A stretch of 48,235 bases of DNA from Fonticula alba ATCC 38817 (GCA_000388065.2 KB932203.1); one strand, 5' to 3'; counted from the first letter of the stretch, positions 11,471 to 23,822 are shown. The notes: a model not told the origin generated them from the letters alone. Made by a program: numbers and translations.

Positions 11471-13888
11471 ATGGCTGCACATCCGAACAAGCGCCCGCGG
11501 CCGGGGTCTGGAGGCTCGTCAGCGGGGCTTCAAATGGAGGACATCGTTGTGCTGATCTCCTCGGACAGTGATCTGTCGGATGTCGATGTTGGCGGGCCGC
11601 CGCGCCCGGTCCAGCAGGCTGTTGCTACCAGCTCCCTGTCTTTCGGTGGGGAAGATCTCCTGGCCAGCCTTCGCGCGGAGGCCGCCGCTTCAGCCGCAAC
11701 AAGGCCTTCCATCCCCACGCCGTCCTTCTCCGCGGACGACCTCCTTCCCGGTCGGGCCCATCCGCCAGCCGCAATATTTGATTCCCGGTCGGCGCCTGCT
11801 CTGGACAGCGGATGGTCTGATGCGGTGCCCCCTCTCGGCCCGAGCCTGAATCACGGATCGCGGCCGGTCTCCCCGTCACAACAGCCCAGACAGCGGGCCA
11901 ATGTTGGCTCCAAGCGTCTGTCCGGAGCCGCGGCCCGGTCAAGTACGTCAGCCGCCCTGGCCCCGGATACGGCTCCCGCGCCGCGAATTACGATTGACCG
12001 ACGGTGGGACATCCCCCGATCGAAGGTTCGCCCTTTTTCGTGGCCTTCACTCCTGCCCTCGCTGGAGGAACTCATCAGAAAGTGCGCCTGGGTCGCTGAC
12101 ATTTTTGAATGTCTTCCTTGGGCTCCTCTTCCCCCCTCTTGCGGCGGCGTAGGGCAAAGTTCGTGACGACCTGGCACCTGCCTTGATCGAGAGCCTGGAG
12201 CACATGTGCGATGCCAAGTTTTTTCCCTCGATCACCCGATCGGAGCTGGCATACTCGCTGCCGCCGCTTCCTGGACTTGGGTCCGGCCCCGCGAGCGTGC
12301 CCCCAGATCCCGTACAGCCGGTGGATCTCGATCTCCAGGAGTTGACGGCCCTCTTCCCTTCGGGAAATGCCCACCCCGGCTCGCGACTCAGTCAGAGGTC
12401 CCTCCCTGTGGCGCGATCCCTGCAGGTGGTCATCTCCGAGCCGCTGAATCTCTATCCGGCCGGTGCCTTCGAGACGAGCTCCTCCCTGACAGTCCCAGTC
12501 ACCTACACCCTGGCTCTGGTCACCGCGCGGGAGTTCGCCGAACCGGCTTTTCGGGCCACCCTCCGAAGGACCCTGGCCGAGTGGGCGTTCGCCGCGTCGC
12601 CGCGCAGCTCGCTGCCCTGGTGCACGGATGTGCCGGGCTCCGGGACCCGTCCTGTGCCGACTGGCTTGCGAGACTTTGACCCTTTTGTGGATTTGTTTTC
12701 CTCCGGGCCCGGTGGGCTTGGTCGACAGTCGCCCAGTCGCGAGGCGGGTACCATTCAGTCGCATCGCCGCCATGCGCTGCTCATTGTGGAAGGACGTGCG
12801 GTTTTCGAGAAATCCCTGCGAAAGGCCGCTGCCGCGCGCTTTGCCTCGGCCGCGGCCGAAGTTGCCTCTCAAGGGGCCGACCTCTCGAGTGGCCTCTCAT
12901 CTGGGTATGTTCCGATCGGGGTTCCACCTTTGCCATGCTCCCGCTTGTCACGCATTTTGACCTCGGGACTTCAGCGGCTCGAGTGATGAGGAGGAGCCGA
13001 CCGATGCACCTGGCGACCTGGGTACCGGCAGGCCGGCGCCCATCTTGACCACCACTCAGTTTCGCCAGGCACTTGTTCATCTGCAGTTGGACACCGGCAT
13101 CCAGCTGGTGGAGACCGCTACCCGCAAGGAAAGTGTCCGGAAGCTCCTTGCGCTGGTGTATTCGTTGATCCGGAAAAACCGGTTCGTCAATGATCATGGT
13201 CCTTTTCTTCTTTTTTTTCTTTTTTTTTTTTGGCGGACAGGGGGGGGCACTTATGGCGTGCATGTGTCCTAACTCCATGCTTTCGATGTGCGTGTGCGTC
13301 TTTGCACGTGCACTGGGATATGCTCTTGTCGCCGGTGGCCGTCAGGCGGGTCGGTTCGGATGTGGGCCAACAGCACCTCGAGGCTTTTAAACGGACGGCC
13401 ACCTCAGCCGGCCAAGCACCAGCCGCCGTCTTTTTGAAGAATGCATTGATGGTCCGTGCCCCTTTGGCCCCATATATCGCCTTGACATCACTTCTTTTCG
13501 TTCTTTCCTTTTTTTTTCCGCCGTCCCCCTCATTGCCGGGGGCATGCACACATTCGCCGGCACAACCAAACAGACAAACAAGCTCACATAAACCCACCTT
13601 GGGCCACCACTCGGGGGATAGATGATTCCCAAGGTGTCGGAGGATGTGGCCGATGCAATTGTCATGGTATATCCCTCATTGGCGGCACTCATGCGACAGT
13701 ATGAGAGCCTGGTCGGAGTGGACCCCGGGTCGGACCCTGGGCGCGTCCGCCAGGCCGAGCAGCTTCTTGCAGACATCATCCCGCGCAATCGTCTTCGGCC
13801 TATCGGCCTCCCCCTTTCGAAGGTCGTCTTCCAGACAATGTATGCTCGCGGCCGAGACGGAGCACAGCGCTTTGTGGCGGATCTCTAA
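11471..13888 (+). CDS. EME1: Crossover junction endonuclease non-catalytic subunit EME1/MMS4 (ERCC4-like + HhH2), spliced
   Basis: Four introns inferred: first ~12026-12152 (tentative); the others start GTATGT ~12904, GTTCGT ~13181 and GTCCGT ~13452. The ERCC4-like segment QFRQALVHLQLDTGIQLVETATRKESVRKLL and the C-terminal MIPKVSEDVADAIVMVYPSLAALMRQY...QLLADII...RPIGLPLSKVVFQTM match the EME1 pattern of ...AVVNAYPS...LLADI...RRIGPELSRRIY. The N-terminus is low-complexity. Confidence 0.8.
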
Positions 13889-14097
13889 TTTGCCTCCCCT
13901 GTCCGGGCATTGGGGGCCGGCCACGCGTACCATCTACGACGCTATCTAAAGGGATGTATTTTTTTGATGCTTCTTTGTGTGGTGCATGTGCACACACGCG
14001 TGAAAGGGGGACGGGGAACAAGGAAGTTGGGGTTGGGGCGCCGTTTCCGGAGCTATTGTACAGCTACCATCCTCGTGGTAGGGGAGGGGGAGGGGGG

Positions 14098-14272
14098 NNN
14101 NNNNNNNNNNNNNNNNNNNNNNNNNNNNNNNNNNNNNNNNNNNNNNNNNNNNNNNNNNNNNNNNNNNNNNNNNNNNNNNNNNNNNNNNNNNNNNNNNNNN
14201 NNNNNNNNNNNNNNNNNNNNNNNNNNNNNNNNNNNNNNNNNNNNNNNNNNNNNNNNNNNNNNNNNNNNNNNN
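14098..14272. other. Assembly gap (N run); others at 18419-18618, 26097-26177, 34543-34552, 35620-35679, 44504-44713, 47217-47636
   Basis: N runs read directly; most abut G/C homopolymers. Confidence 1.
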
Positions 14273-14273
14273 A

Positions 14274-15311
14274 TTACACCGGCGGAGCGCCAAAGGCCTC
14301 GGGCATGCGCTCGACGCTGTAGCGGTGGTTGGAAATATACATGATCGGCACACCGGGAACCTTGCGCAGGCGCCGACGGAGATCGCGATCACAGGTGGCC
14401 ACAATGTAGCAGGGGTGCTGGGTCACACGCTCAACCAGACAGTCATCAGCGTACGTGCCCTTGTGCGTGCAGGCAATACGCTCGAAGCGAGGGTCCTTGG
14501 CCACGCTGCGGGGGGAAGCCCGTGAGAAGATTAGACACCAATTGGAGGAGCCATTTGGATGGGAGACAGGGAGGGGAGGAGGGGCGAGAAAGGAGAATAC
14601 GAACCGCAATGCGACACGGAAGCGAGAGCCCAGCTTCTCGATTTCAGCCATCACGCAATCAGTGATACAGGGAATGGCTGTGGTCCGGGGACAACAAACA
14701 GGGAGAAGGTGAGACAAGTGGTCGGAAAGAGCAACCCCCCCCCCCCCCCCCCTCCCCGCCCCTCAATGCCAGACCCCGGAGGCGAATGCTGGCGTACACT
14801 TGGCATAGAGACAGTCCATCATGGATTTGATGAGCTCCAGCTTGTTTTGGATGCTGAAGTTGATGAAGTTCGTATCAACCAGCACGCGGTACGGCGGGCC
14901 GAGGGCCGTGTTGTAGCGGAAGAAGAGACCGGTGTTGACGGCACCCAGATCACGAACCTGCGGGGTGTCGGGCTTCTTGTTCTTCTCGGCGTTGGCCTGC
15001 TTGGCCTTGACAGCCTTGCTGCTCGGGAGCAAGGGCGAGGGGGGGGGAGTGTGAGGGAGGCAGGGCAGAAAGGGAGACAGATGAGATGTCAGGATCCGGC
15101 AGGAAGACAGGTCGAGTTGAGCAAGGGCCGATCAGTGCGCACAGGCGGGCGTCCTTCGCGGTGTCGATGACGCGCTTGACAGCGGCGAACTTGCGTGTCT
15201 TCTTGGCCTTCGACTGTGGGTCCGTGGATAGAAGGGGGGGCGGGACAGTCAGAGAAGTGCCAAGCAAGGGGCCCAACCAGAGGAGCAGGGACATTGACGC
15301 TGACGTACCAT
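14274..15311 (-). CDS. FCF1: rRNA-processing PIN-domain endonuclease FCF1/UTP24 (5 coding exons)
   Basis: Exons 15311-15309 (ATG only), 15213-15143, 15018(or 15021)-14798, 14677-14605, 14505-14274. Motifs SKAKKTRKFAAVKR, FFRYNTALGPPYRVLVDTNFINFS, CITDCVMAEIEKLG, HKGTYADDCLVERV and YIVATCDRDLRRRLRKVPGVPIMY are diagnostic. Confidence 0.97.
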
Positions 15312-16478
15312 GATGATGAAAAGGACGGGAGGGGGAACGGAAGGGGAAGATAGGCTGGCGGGCGGTGTGCGAGAGACGGCGGGAGGGAAAGAGAGAGCGC
15401 GCGCGAGGGGAGAGGGAGCGAAGGGGAAAGGAGGCGGGGGGGGGGGCATGGCAAAAGGGGCAGCCGCGGGAAGTTGGTCGGCAAAAAGGCAAGAAAAAAA
15501 CCCTCCCAAGTGCAGGGAGAGATCTCTCGCAGGGAGCGGGGGGCGGGGGGACTTTCGGCGCGTGGCGGCGCTCGTCGCTCGGGCGTGGGGGGCTGGTCAA
15601 CCTCACACTCATGGTCGTATCACGGTCCTCCGTGTGATGTGACGCCGTCTCATGTGATACACCCTGTCAGTCCGAAGCCACTAGAATTAGACCAGCCGTT
15701 CGATTGACGCTTCCTTGTCCGTCGTGTGTGAGGCTCGATATTTCATTTCTCCACTCTGCCCTGTGCAGGGGAAATTAGCGACGTATGGACCGGACATTTA
15801 CGCTCAGGCCCGCCTGCCTCCGCCGCGCCGCTCCGGACAGGCCAAGTTGCTCATGCTTGCTCCCTGCCTGCGACTTGACCCCCGTCCTGGCGACCGTAAT
15901 CGGGTCCCAGGTTAGACCCCCCCCTGCCACTCGGTGGGCGTCCGACAGTCGCCGGATCGTGCGAGCGCCCCGCCCCGCTGGGCTGAGGCCCGCCCAAGCC
16001 AAGGTGTCCCGTCACCCATGAATCTGTCCCCCCCCCCCCCCTGGCCCCCTTCGTGGAGCACTCCAACACACCCAATACCACACCTCCCCGTTCGTCTCCG
16101 CTTCGCCGCGCGCTCCCACCCTTTTCGAGCCTCCGGCCTCAAGATTGCGTCACTTACTAACATGTATCCCTCCTCCTGCGCGGCCTCTCCCCTCCCCCCC
16201 CCCTCCTCCCTCCCCCGCTCTACACATACACCACGCCTCTTTCTCTGCAGCCTCCCCGCCCTCCCCTCCCCACCATCTCCCCCTCCTCCCGCGCCACATC
16301 CCGTGTCCCCTCACCAGTGTACTTCCCTAGCCTCTCGCTGCCGGCCTTTCGCAATCCTCGCGCGCCAAGTTTGTCCCCCCCCCCCCCCCCCCGCCCCCCC
16401 CCCCCCCCCCCCCCTGTCCCTGCCCCTGCCCCTACCTGACTCTTGTCTCCTGTCTCCTGTCTCCTCTCCTTAGCGACC

Positions 16479-17829
16479 ATGTCCGACACCATGCGTTTCA
16501 TTGAGAGCCAGCTTGGCGAGGCTGGCCAGGGCACCCCCCTCTTTGAGACGTGGAGCCTGATCAAGACCCTCTTCGAGAAGCGGTAAGTCCCTTTTTCCCC
16601 ATCCCCGAATTTTCCTCCCCAAACTCTGCATCCCCCCCCCCCTGCGCACACACACACACACACAAACACCAACACACACCTCCCCTTGACCTCTTCCCTT
16701 CGCACATCTCCGGCTGTCAATCCCCCTGCCTGACATGTACACCATTTGTGCCCCCCTCCGCCGACCTTACGTAGTCTGTGGTACCAGCTGACCGAGGTCC
16801 TAAAGGACCACATTCGGTCCTGCCGTGCCAACATGACCCCCATTGAGCCGCCCTTCTCCGATGCCAAGACCCCCCTGGACAATGACATGTCCCCACTGGT
16901 TCCCCTGTTCAATCGCTTCATCTTCCCCTCGCTGAAGGACGACATCAGCCCCCTCGCCCTGGCCGAGCTCTCGATTGCCATCGCCGAGACCGTTCCGAGT
17001 GCGTGTCCCCGATGACGTCCACATTTATTTGCATATTCCCCTCTCGCCTCTGGGTGCCTCGCTCCCCGCGTTGGTGTATTCTAACATGCGTCTGCCCATG
17101 CGCCTCCCATCCAGTTCCCTTCGCCGCCGAGTCCCTGCTGCTTCGGTCGGCCCAGTTCCTCGGTCGCAACCTGCCGGCTCTCGCCTCGGAGGAGACCGAG
17201 GAGACCGAGAAGAACCCGCTGTCTGGCTTCACCGCCGTGGTGGTTGGTGCCGACTCGGCCTATGTTCGTCTCATGGCCGAGGTTGCTCGGCGTGCTCTGA
17301 TGCGTGGCGATGTTCGGGCTTGCCGCGATGGTGTGTCCTGCTCGCTGATCTCCCCTCCCTTTTGCTCGCTTGCCCTGCCTTTCCCCCCGCCGTGCCTGCG
17401 CGCCACTTCATGCCTGTTGACTGTCCGCCGCCCCCCCCCCCCTTCCCCCGCTCGCACACTTGTGCATAGGCCTCGAGAAGTTGGAGCCTCGCTTTGAGGC
17501 TCTGCAGTCCCTCGACCCGCCGACCCATGCTGCTTGGTTCCGTGCGCAGGCCGAGATGTTCAAGGCGCGCAACCGCCCGGATGACACCTACCGGGCCATC
17601 CTGTCGCTGATGGATGTCGGCGGCCCGGCGGCCCTGGCCGCGTGTGGTTGGCTCGGGCTGTCTCTCGGGGCCGATCCGGCTGCCGCCCTCTTCCGCACCC
17701 CGGCCGTCATCAGCATGGCCCTGGACTCTTGCCTCGCCGGCCTGCTGAGCCACGACATCTACGATGTCAGTGAGATGGTATGTGCCTGCCCTGTGCCCGA
17801 TTGCCCTCTGCCCCCTCTATCCCACTCAC

Positions 17830-17860
<31 letters not shown>

Positions 17861-18289
17861 TTAACCCCATCCCAGATCGCCACTGGCCTGCCTGCCTCTC
17901 TGGCCGATACCCCCTTCACCTGGGTGGCGGAGATTTTCAAGGCCGTTGATGCCGGTGACCTGGCCGAGTGGGCCCGCCTGGACCAGCAGTATCTTGGTTC
18001 TGGCACCAATGCATCCTCGCCGGCCGCTGCTCTGCTTGCTACCCCCCAGGCGCGTGCCCTGGCCAAGCGCAAGACCCAGCTGGCTGCCCTGACTGAGCTG
18101 GCCTTCAGCCTGGGTGATGAGATTGATGCCTCGCCGGCCGGGTCTGGCATTCGCACCGTGGACTTCACTCGTGTGGCCAAGGCGGTTGGCATTTCGCAGG
18201 CCGCTCCCGGCGTCCAATGCACCCCGGAGGAGGATGCCGACACGGAGCTCCTTCTGATTAAGGCCATGTCGCTGGGGATCATCAGCGGG
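16479..18289 (+). CDS. PSMD13: 26S proteasome lid subunit RPN9/PSMD13 (PCI domain), 3'-partial
   Basis: Five visible exons. KRLWYQLT, ISPLALAEL, CLAGLLSHDIYDVSEM, WVAEIFKAVDAGDLAEW and TELLLIKAMSLGIISG align by eye with Rpn9 (KKLWHQLT, VNPLSLVE, GLAGLLGEGVFNFGEL, ELLVMKALSVGLVKG). The final exon is not visible and probably lies in gap 18419-18618. Confidence 0.88.
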
Positions 18290-18943
18290 GTATGTTGCCG
18301 TCCTTGCTTGCTCTGCTCTGCCATCTCCCTCGCCCGTTGCTTCGGCCAATGCACCTGGGCCCCTGTGTGCGCTGCCGTTGGGAAGGAAAACTCACCCATG
18401 CCCCAATGCCCCCCCCCCNNNNNNNNNNNNNNNNNNNNNNNNNNNNNNNNNNNNNNNNNNNNNNNNNNNNNNNNNNNNNNNNNNNNNNNNNNNNNNNNNN
18501 NNNNNNNNNNNNNNNNNNNNNNNNNNNNNNNNNNNNNNNNNNNNNNNNNNNNNNNNNNNNNNNNNNNNNNNNNNNNNNNNNNNNNNNNNNNNNNNNNNNN
18601 NNNNNNNNNNNNNNNNNNCCCCCCCAAGACCCCAAATGTACAATACTCAGAAACGTCGCATATCCTTCCTCCCGTCCTTCGGTCACAACGCCGTCCGCGT
18701 CACACTCTCATACCTGGGCGGAGGGGCGGCCGCATCCACCCGAGAGAGGGACAGCCAATGCAGCGGACCAGACACGCCCCGGGCTTGATCCCTTCGTTGG
18801 CACTTGGCAACCGTTGATATTTGAATTTCACCTGGTGGGCGAAGGGAGGGGCGTAAGGCGGATTCATCAGGGCCCACAGTGAGCCGACGCTCCACCGCCA
18901 AGAGTATGCACAGCCCTGCCCCCCGCTCCTCTCCGCCCCCTTC

Positions 18944-18999
18944 TTCCCTTCTCGTCTTTCCCTTCTCGTCTTTCCCTTCTCGTCTTTCCCTTCTCGTCT
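18944..18999. repeat. 14-bp tandem repeat (TTCCCTTCTCGTCT) x4 upstream of PSF1
   Basis: Four perfect copies read directly. Confidence 0.95.
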
Positions 19000-19098
19000 T
19001 TTCGCTTCTTCTGGCGCGTTGCCGAACCCACGCGTACTGAGGACGCGCAAAAGAGATCACACATCTCGCCACGCGCGCACATACACACTCTCCCTAAC

Positions 19099-19134
<36 letters not shown>

Positions 19135-19179
19135 CACAGGCGCACGCGTTTGGGCGTCCCTCTCTTCCTCCCCGCCCAG

Positions 19180-20500
19180 ATGTCGTACTTTGGCGATGAG
19201 GCGGTCAAGCTCGTGCGCGAGATGCATCGCGTGACGACGCTGATGGCCTCGCACTCGCATGCCAGCTCCTCCACTCTGGAAACCATTTTGCCGGCGTACA
19301 ATGAAGCTGGCATCCGAGCCGTACTCATGGAGTGCCGCTCATTGGCCAGTATGATCGAGGCAGACCTGGTTCGCGTGCATGAGCTCAAGCAGCAGGCCGC
19401 GGCTGGGATATTTTCCGGTGCCGAGTCGGCCATGGACTCGGCCTCGCCGTCGGTCACTGGGGTGTCACAGCGGAGCGCCCACTCGGCGACCTCCCTCCGG
19501 TCGGGGACAACCGCCTCCGGCTACCAGGGCGATGTCAGCCAAGGCAATGTCACTCACTCGGACATGCGATCGGAGTCCGAGCCACTTGCAGCACCCTCCC
19601 AAGTCAGCGTGGCTGATAGTCAGACCCACATGTCGACCACCGAGACCCAAACTACCATGAGCCCTCACACGACGACTGCGACCACCATCAGAAGTACCGC
19701 GTCCATCACTCCCAGCACCACCTCCGGCATTATTCCGGAGCACGTGGAACCCGGTGATAGTGATGAGGAAACCGCGGTCGAGCGCCTTCCCCGGTCGCGA
19801 CATGAGTCAGCCGTGTCGGCATACGACATCCGTCGAGTGGCCTACGTGCTGACCATCTTCCGAAACAAGCGCTGCCTGGCGGCATACGTCCGCAGCCGAG
19901 CGTCGCTGCTCCTGCGAGCATGCTGGCAGATGGGCGGCCGGCCGAACCCCCCGCCGGCCCTGGCCGCTCGACTGAGTCGCACCGAGCTCGACCTTTGGCG
20001 GCAATATGCCTCCCTACTTGCGGACATGCGCACCGGCGGCCTGGTTGTGCTGGATGAAGACTTGGAGGCGGCCGCCGCCGAGAGTGATTTGGGCGGGCTA
20101 TATGGCACGATTGGCGCTGCGCGCTCGGCTCCGGGTGGCGGCCAGCTTGATGAGTATGACACCGGCTGGCTGGACCTGGATCTCATGGCACACGAGGCCC
20201 CACCTCAGGGGCTCTTTGTGGAAGTTCGTGTCCTGCGCGATTGTGGATCGATCCAGACCGAGGATGGCGTGGTCCACCTGACGGAGTACGTGCAGCTCCC
20301 CGGCAAGCCAGCCTCCCTGGCCATCGCCTCCTTTTCCGCCGCGCCCTCCCTTCGGATTCATTGACCCCCTGCGCCCGGCCGCCCGTGGTGCTTGCTTTCA
20401 CACGCACTGGCAACCACACCACAGGAACAGCAATCACTTCCTCCCCCGATCGGCCGTGGAGCATCTCATCAGCCAGGGCTACCTGCAGCACATTGCTTGA
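19180..20500 (+). CDS. PSF1: GINS complex subunit Psf1 (GINS1), 2 coding exons, with long insertion
   Basis: N-terminus MSYFGDEAVKLVRE...LPAYNEAGIRAVLME, core RNKRCLAAYVRSR, B-domain PPQGLFVEVRVLRDCGSIQTEDGVVHL. After a GTACGT intron (~20267-20424) the last exon encodes NSNHFLPRSAVEHLISQGYLQHIA*. Confidence 0.95.
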
Positions 20501-21051
20501 GATAAACGGGGGAAAAAACAAAAAGAAACACACAGGGGCGCCACAATTCGAGGCCCACCCTTTCCAGCAATACAATAGACCAATACCAGAACCGAAACAG
20601 TACATCACGTGGACACTTGGCTCAGCCCCGCCCGTGTCTCGCGTCCGGCGCCCGGTGTGTCCTTCGCCATCCTTGAGGGTCCGAGGGGGGGGAGGGGGGG
20701 TACAACGGTGGCCAGTCGAGCGCCTGACAGGTGCAGTGTCTGCGCGACCCCAAGTGGTACTTGGCCAGCCTGGCGCCCGCCCCCCGTCGCTGACGCTGGT
20801 GTGATTGCGCAGTCTCGAGGTGGGGTCTCCATGAGCTGGCCGCGAGGGGCGGCTTGCTGGAATAATCGGCAGTCGGCCCGCTAGCGTGTCAATCGCCGGA
20901 CATCCCCTGCGTCGGGGGGACGAAACGATGTTCGATGCTCCCCCCCCCCCCTCCCCCACGGCTCTCGCCCTCGGCCTTCGACGGCCGCGGCTCCTCAAAG
21001 ACGGGCGCCAGCCTGTGCACCGAGGTCGATTCTTCTAGTCAGCCGGCGGAG

Positions 21052-21090
<39 letters not shown>
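21052..21090. repeat. (GA)n microsatellite upstream of proteasome beta-2; similar CA/GT/CGCA microsatellites at 19099-19135 and 38759-38783
   Basis: Read directly. Confidence 0.9.
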
Positions 21091-21094
<4 letters not shown>

Positions 21095-21390
21095 CACACC
21101 CCGGGCGTGGATGGACACACAGAGTCGCTGAGGACGAGCGGCTAGACGGGCCCTCTCCCTGCCCCGGACCCCGGAGGGAAGGAAGCCCAGGGCCCCTTTC
21201 GACCTCAAAGAGACCCCCCGCTGCGACTGGCGCTCATCCCCCCCTTGAGACAGAGTCTTCCCTCCGCACCCTCTCCCCCTATCCTCCCTTTGCCCGTGCC
21301 GCGCTCTTTTCGCCTCGTCCCCACCTCGCCACTCGCCCCACGCCCAGCTCCCCACTCCCCCTTTGTTTTTGGATCCGCCGCCCAGCAGCC

Positions 21391-22616
21391 ATGTCGAACG
21401 CCAACAACACCCCCCTCCCCGCCCCGGCTAGCTACGGTGGCTTCACCTTCGAGAACACTCACCGGTAAGTGCACCCACGCCCCTCGCCTCCACAGGGACA
21501 CCGCTCGGGGTCTCCTTTTCTCTCTCTCTCTCTCTCCCTGTGCACCAGGCAGAATAGTCTGCTGACAGCTCGCTTTTCTCCCTCCCGCCACTCCTCCTCT
21601 CAGCAATGCCCTCCTCACCCGGATGGGCTATGATGCCCCGAACGCCACCAAGACCGGTACCACCATTGCGGGCATTGTCTTCAAGGTATGTGGTTTCTCC
21701 CCCCGTCCCTCTCCTTTCTCCCCCTTCTCCCCCTGCCTTACCCATCGCTTACCCACGCCGTTCCCCCGCCTCCCCCCCCCCCCCCCCCCCCTCGCCCTTC
21801 TCTGTCTCTTGCCCTCTTTTCGAACACCAGGGCGGTGTCATGCTCGGTGCCGACACTCGCTCCACCTCCGGCTCGATCGTGGCCGACAAGAACTGCGAGA
21901 AGATCCACCGCATCTCGTCGAACATCTTCTGCTGTGGTGCCGGCACGGCCGCCGACACGGAGAATGTCACCGGCATGGTCGAGGCCAAGCTTCGACTCCA
22001 TGAGCTCAAGACTGGCCGCAAGGCTCGCGTGGTCAACGCTCTGACCCTCCTCAAGCAGCACCTCTTCCGGTACGCCTCCTGCTTTTCCTCTCGCAAATGA
22101 CTGCAACATGGCGGTGCCACCGGGGGGGGGGCTCACCATCGCACGGGACGTGGCTCTTGCCATCCCCCTTTCTCCTCACCCCCGCCCCATTTGCGTCCAC
22201 TCACACGACAACATCAACAGCTACCAAGGCCACGTCTCGGCTGCCCTGGTCCTCGGTGGCGTGGATCACACGGGTCCCCGGCTGCACACGGTGGCCCCCC
22301 ACGGCTCGACCGACACCCTTCCCTACGTGACCATGGGGTCCGGCTCGCTGGCTGCCATGTCCATCTTTGAGTCGCGCTGGAAGCCGGACATGAGCTTCGA
22401 TGAGGCGGCCCAGCTGGTGGGCGATTCCATTCGCGCCGGTATCTTCCACGATCTGGGGTCCGGCTCGAATGTCGACTTGACTGCCATCTACCTCCAGGAG
22501 GATGGCACCGTGGCCGTGAAGATCATGCGCAACATCGACTGCCCCAACCCCAAGCCCGCCCCGGTGCTCAACTACAAGTACCCCACCGGCACTACTGGTA
22601 CGTCTGCCGAGTCTCT

Positions 22617-22680
<64 letters not shown>

Positions 22681-22997
22681 ACCCCCCCCCCCCCCCCCCC
22701 CCCCCTGCGTGGCCCACTCTCGAGACATGATATGCCTGCTTTCGGGCGGCGCAAAGGACGGCCGAAAGATGGCCCCTAGGCCCGGCATCCATTCGCCCCA
22801 TCAGCCTCCTTCCAAAACTAACACCCTCCCCTTCCTTTGCTGCCCCACGCGCCATAGCTGTCCTTACCAAGGAGGTCAAGCCCTTCAGCCAGCTGGCCGA
22901 GGTGACCGCCATCTCGAGGACCATCTTCGAGAACAACGAGGACGATGATGCGGCCCCTCCTGCCGCCAGCGCACCTGTCCCGATGGACATCAACTAA
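21391..22997 (+). CDS. PSMB7: 20S proteasome subunit beta type-2/7 (Pup1/PSMB7), 5 coding exons
   Basis: Propeptide [11 protein letters not shown] followed by KTG|TTIAGIVFK (catalytic Thr1), [45 protein letters not shown] and [13 protein letters not shown]. All introns are GT-AG; stop TAA at 22995-22997. Confidence 0.98.
22618..22705. repeat. 88-nt poly-C tract (one A) in PSMB7 intron 4
   Basis: Read directly. Confidence 0.95.
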
Positions 22998-23822
22998 TTA
23001 TTCGACCTTGTTCCTCCGCCCGCGGGCGCTGCCGCTGTTGTGATCGCGCTCCTCTCCCATCATCACATATCATGTCCGCCACCACAACAGCGCGAGGGCA
23101 CCTCTCCTCTCCTGCCGCCTCGGGTGCCTGGAGTGTCGACCGCGAGATGTCCACAAACAGGCGGCCATATCTCCCTTTTCTATCTATCTCTCTCTGTGGG
23201 TGGGGCAATCGGAAAAGACCCTCCCATTTATCTGCCCTTCTCTCCCCCTCTCCCCTCTCCTCCTTCTCCTTGCGCGGACGAACGTATGCGCCAACGTGCG
23301 CCCTTCCCAATAAAAACGTGTAGCATATTCATCTATACTTCAGCTCATGTGTGTGTGCGCGCTTTTTCATGCATACGTGAGTCGACATGCCGAGGCCCGG
23401 CACATACATGGGAAGCTACAGGCGGAGGAGAAGGATCATCGTGTCCAAGCCGGGAGGGGGGGGGGGGAGGGGGGGAGCAAGGCACAAGGGAGGGGGAAGG
23501 AGTGGGATGACGGCGTCCAAGCAAAAGTAGACAACTAGCCGATCGGGACAGGCTCAACAAAGAGGAACCGGCGGTGTGATCTATGTACATGTGGGTGACA
23601 ATCAGGTGATCCAAATCGCCATGCAGGCAAGCCATTTTGAGAAGACGCCCGCCTGGGTGTGAGAAAGCGGGGCAGATCGCCACTCGTGCAGCGGGTGCGG
23701 GGGGGGCACTGCTTGCCCAAACCCAGAGCCCCCCCCCCTCCCCACTGCGCCCCCCCCCCCCCCCCCCCACTTTCATCGCCCATTCCGCCTTCTCTGCCTC
23801 CTGCGTCTTTGGCGTCTCTATC

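Noticed and set aside
18944-18999. Short tandem arrays (14-mer x4, 18-mer x2.3, 12-mer x3.3) as CRISPR-like or functional arrays
   Set aside because: No spacers, and the context is eukaryotic. Best explained as slippage in pyrimidine-rich UTR or intergenic DNA.
19405-19830. Possible intein in Psf1
   Set aside because: No C-terminal His-Asn, no Cys/Ser/Thr +1 context and no LAGLIDADG motifs; it is low-complexity S/T sequence.
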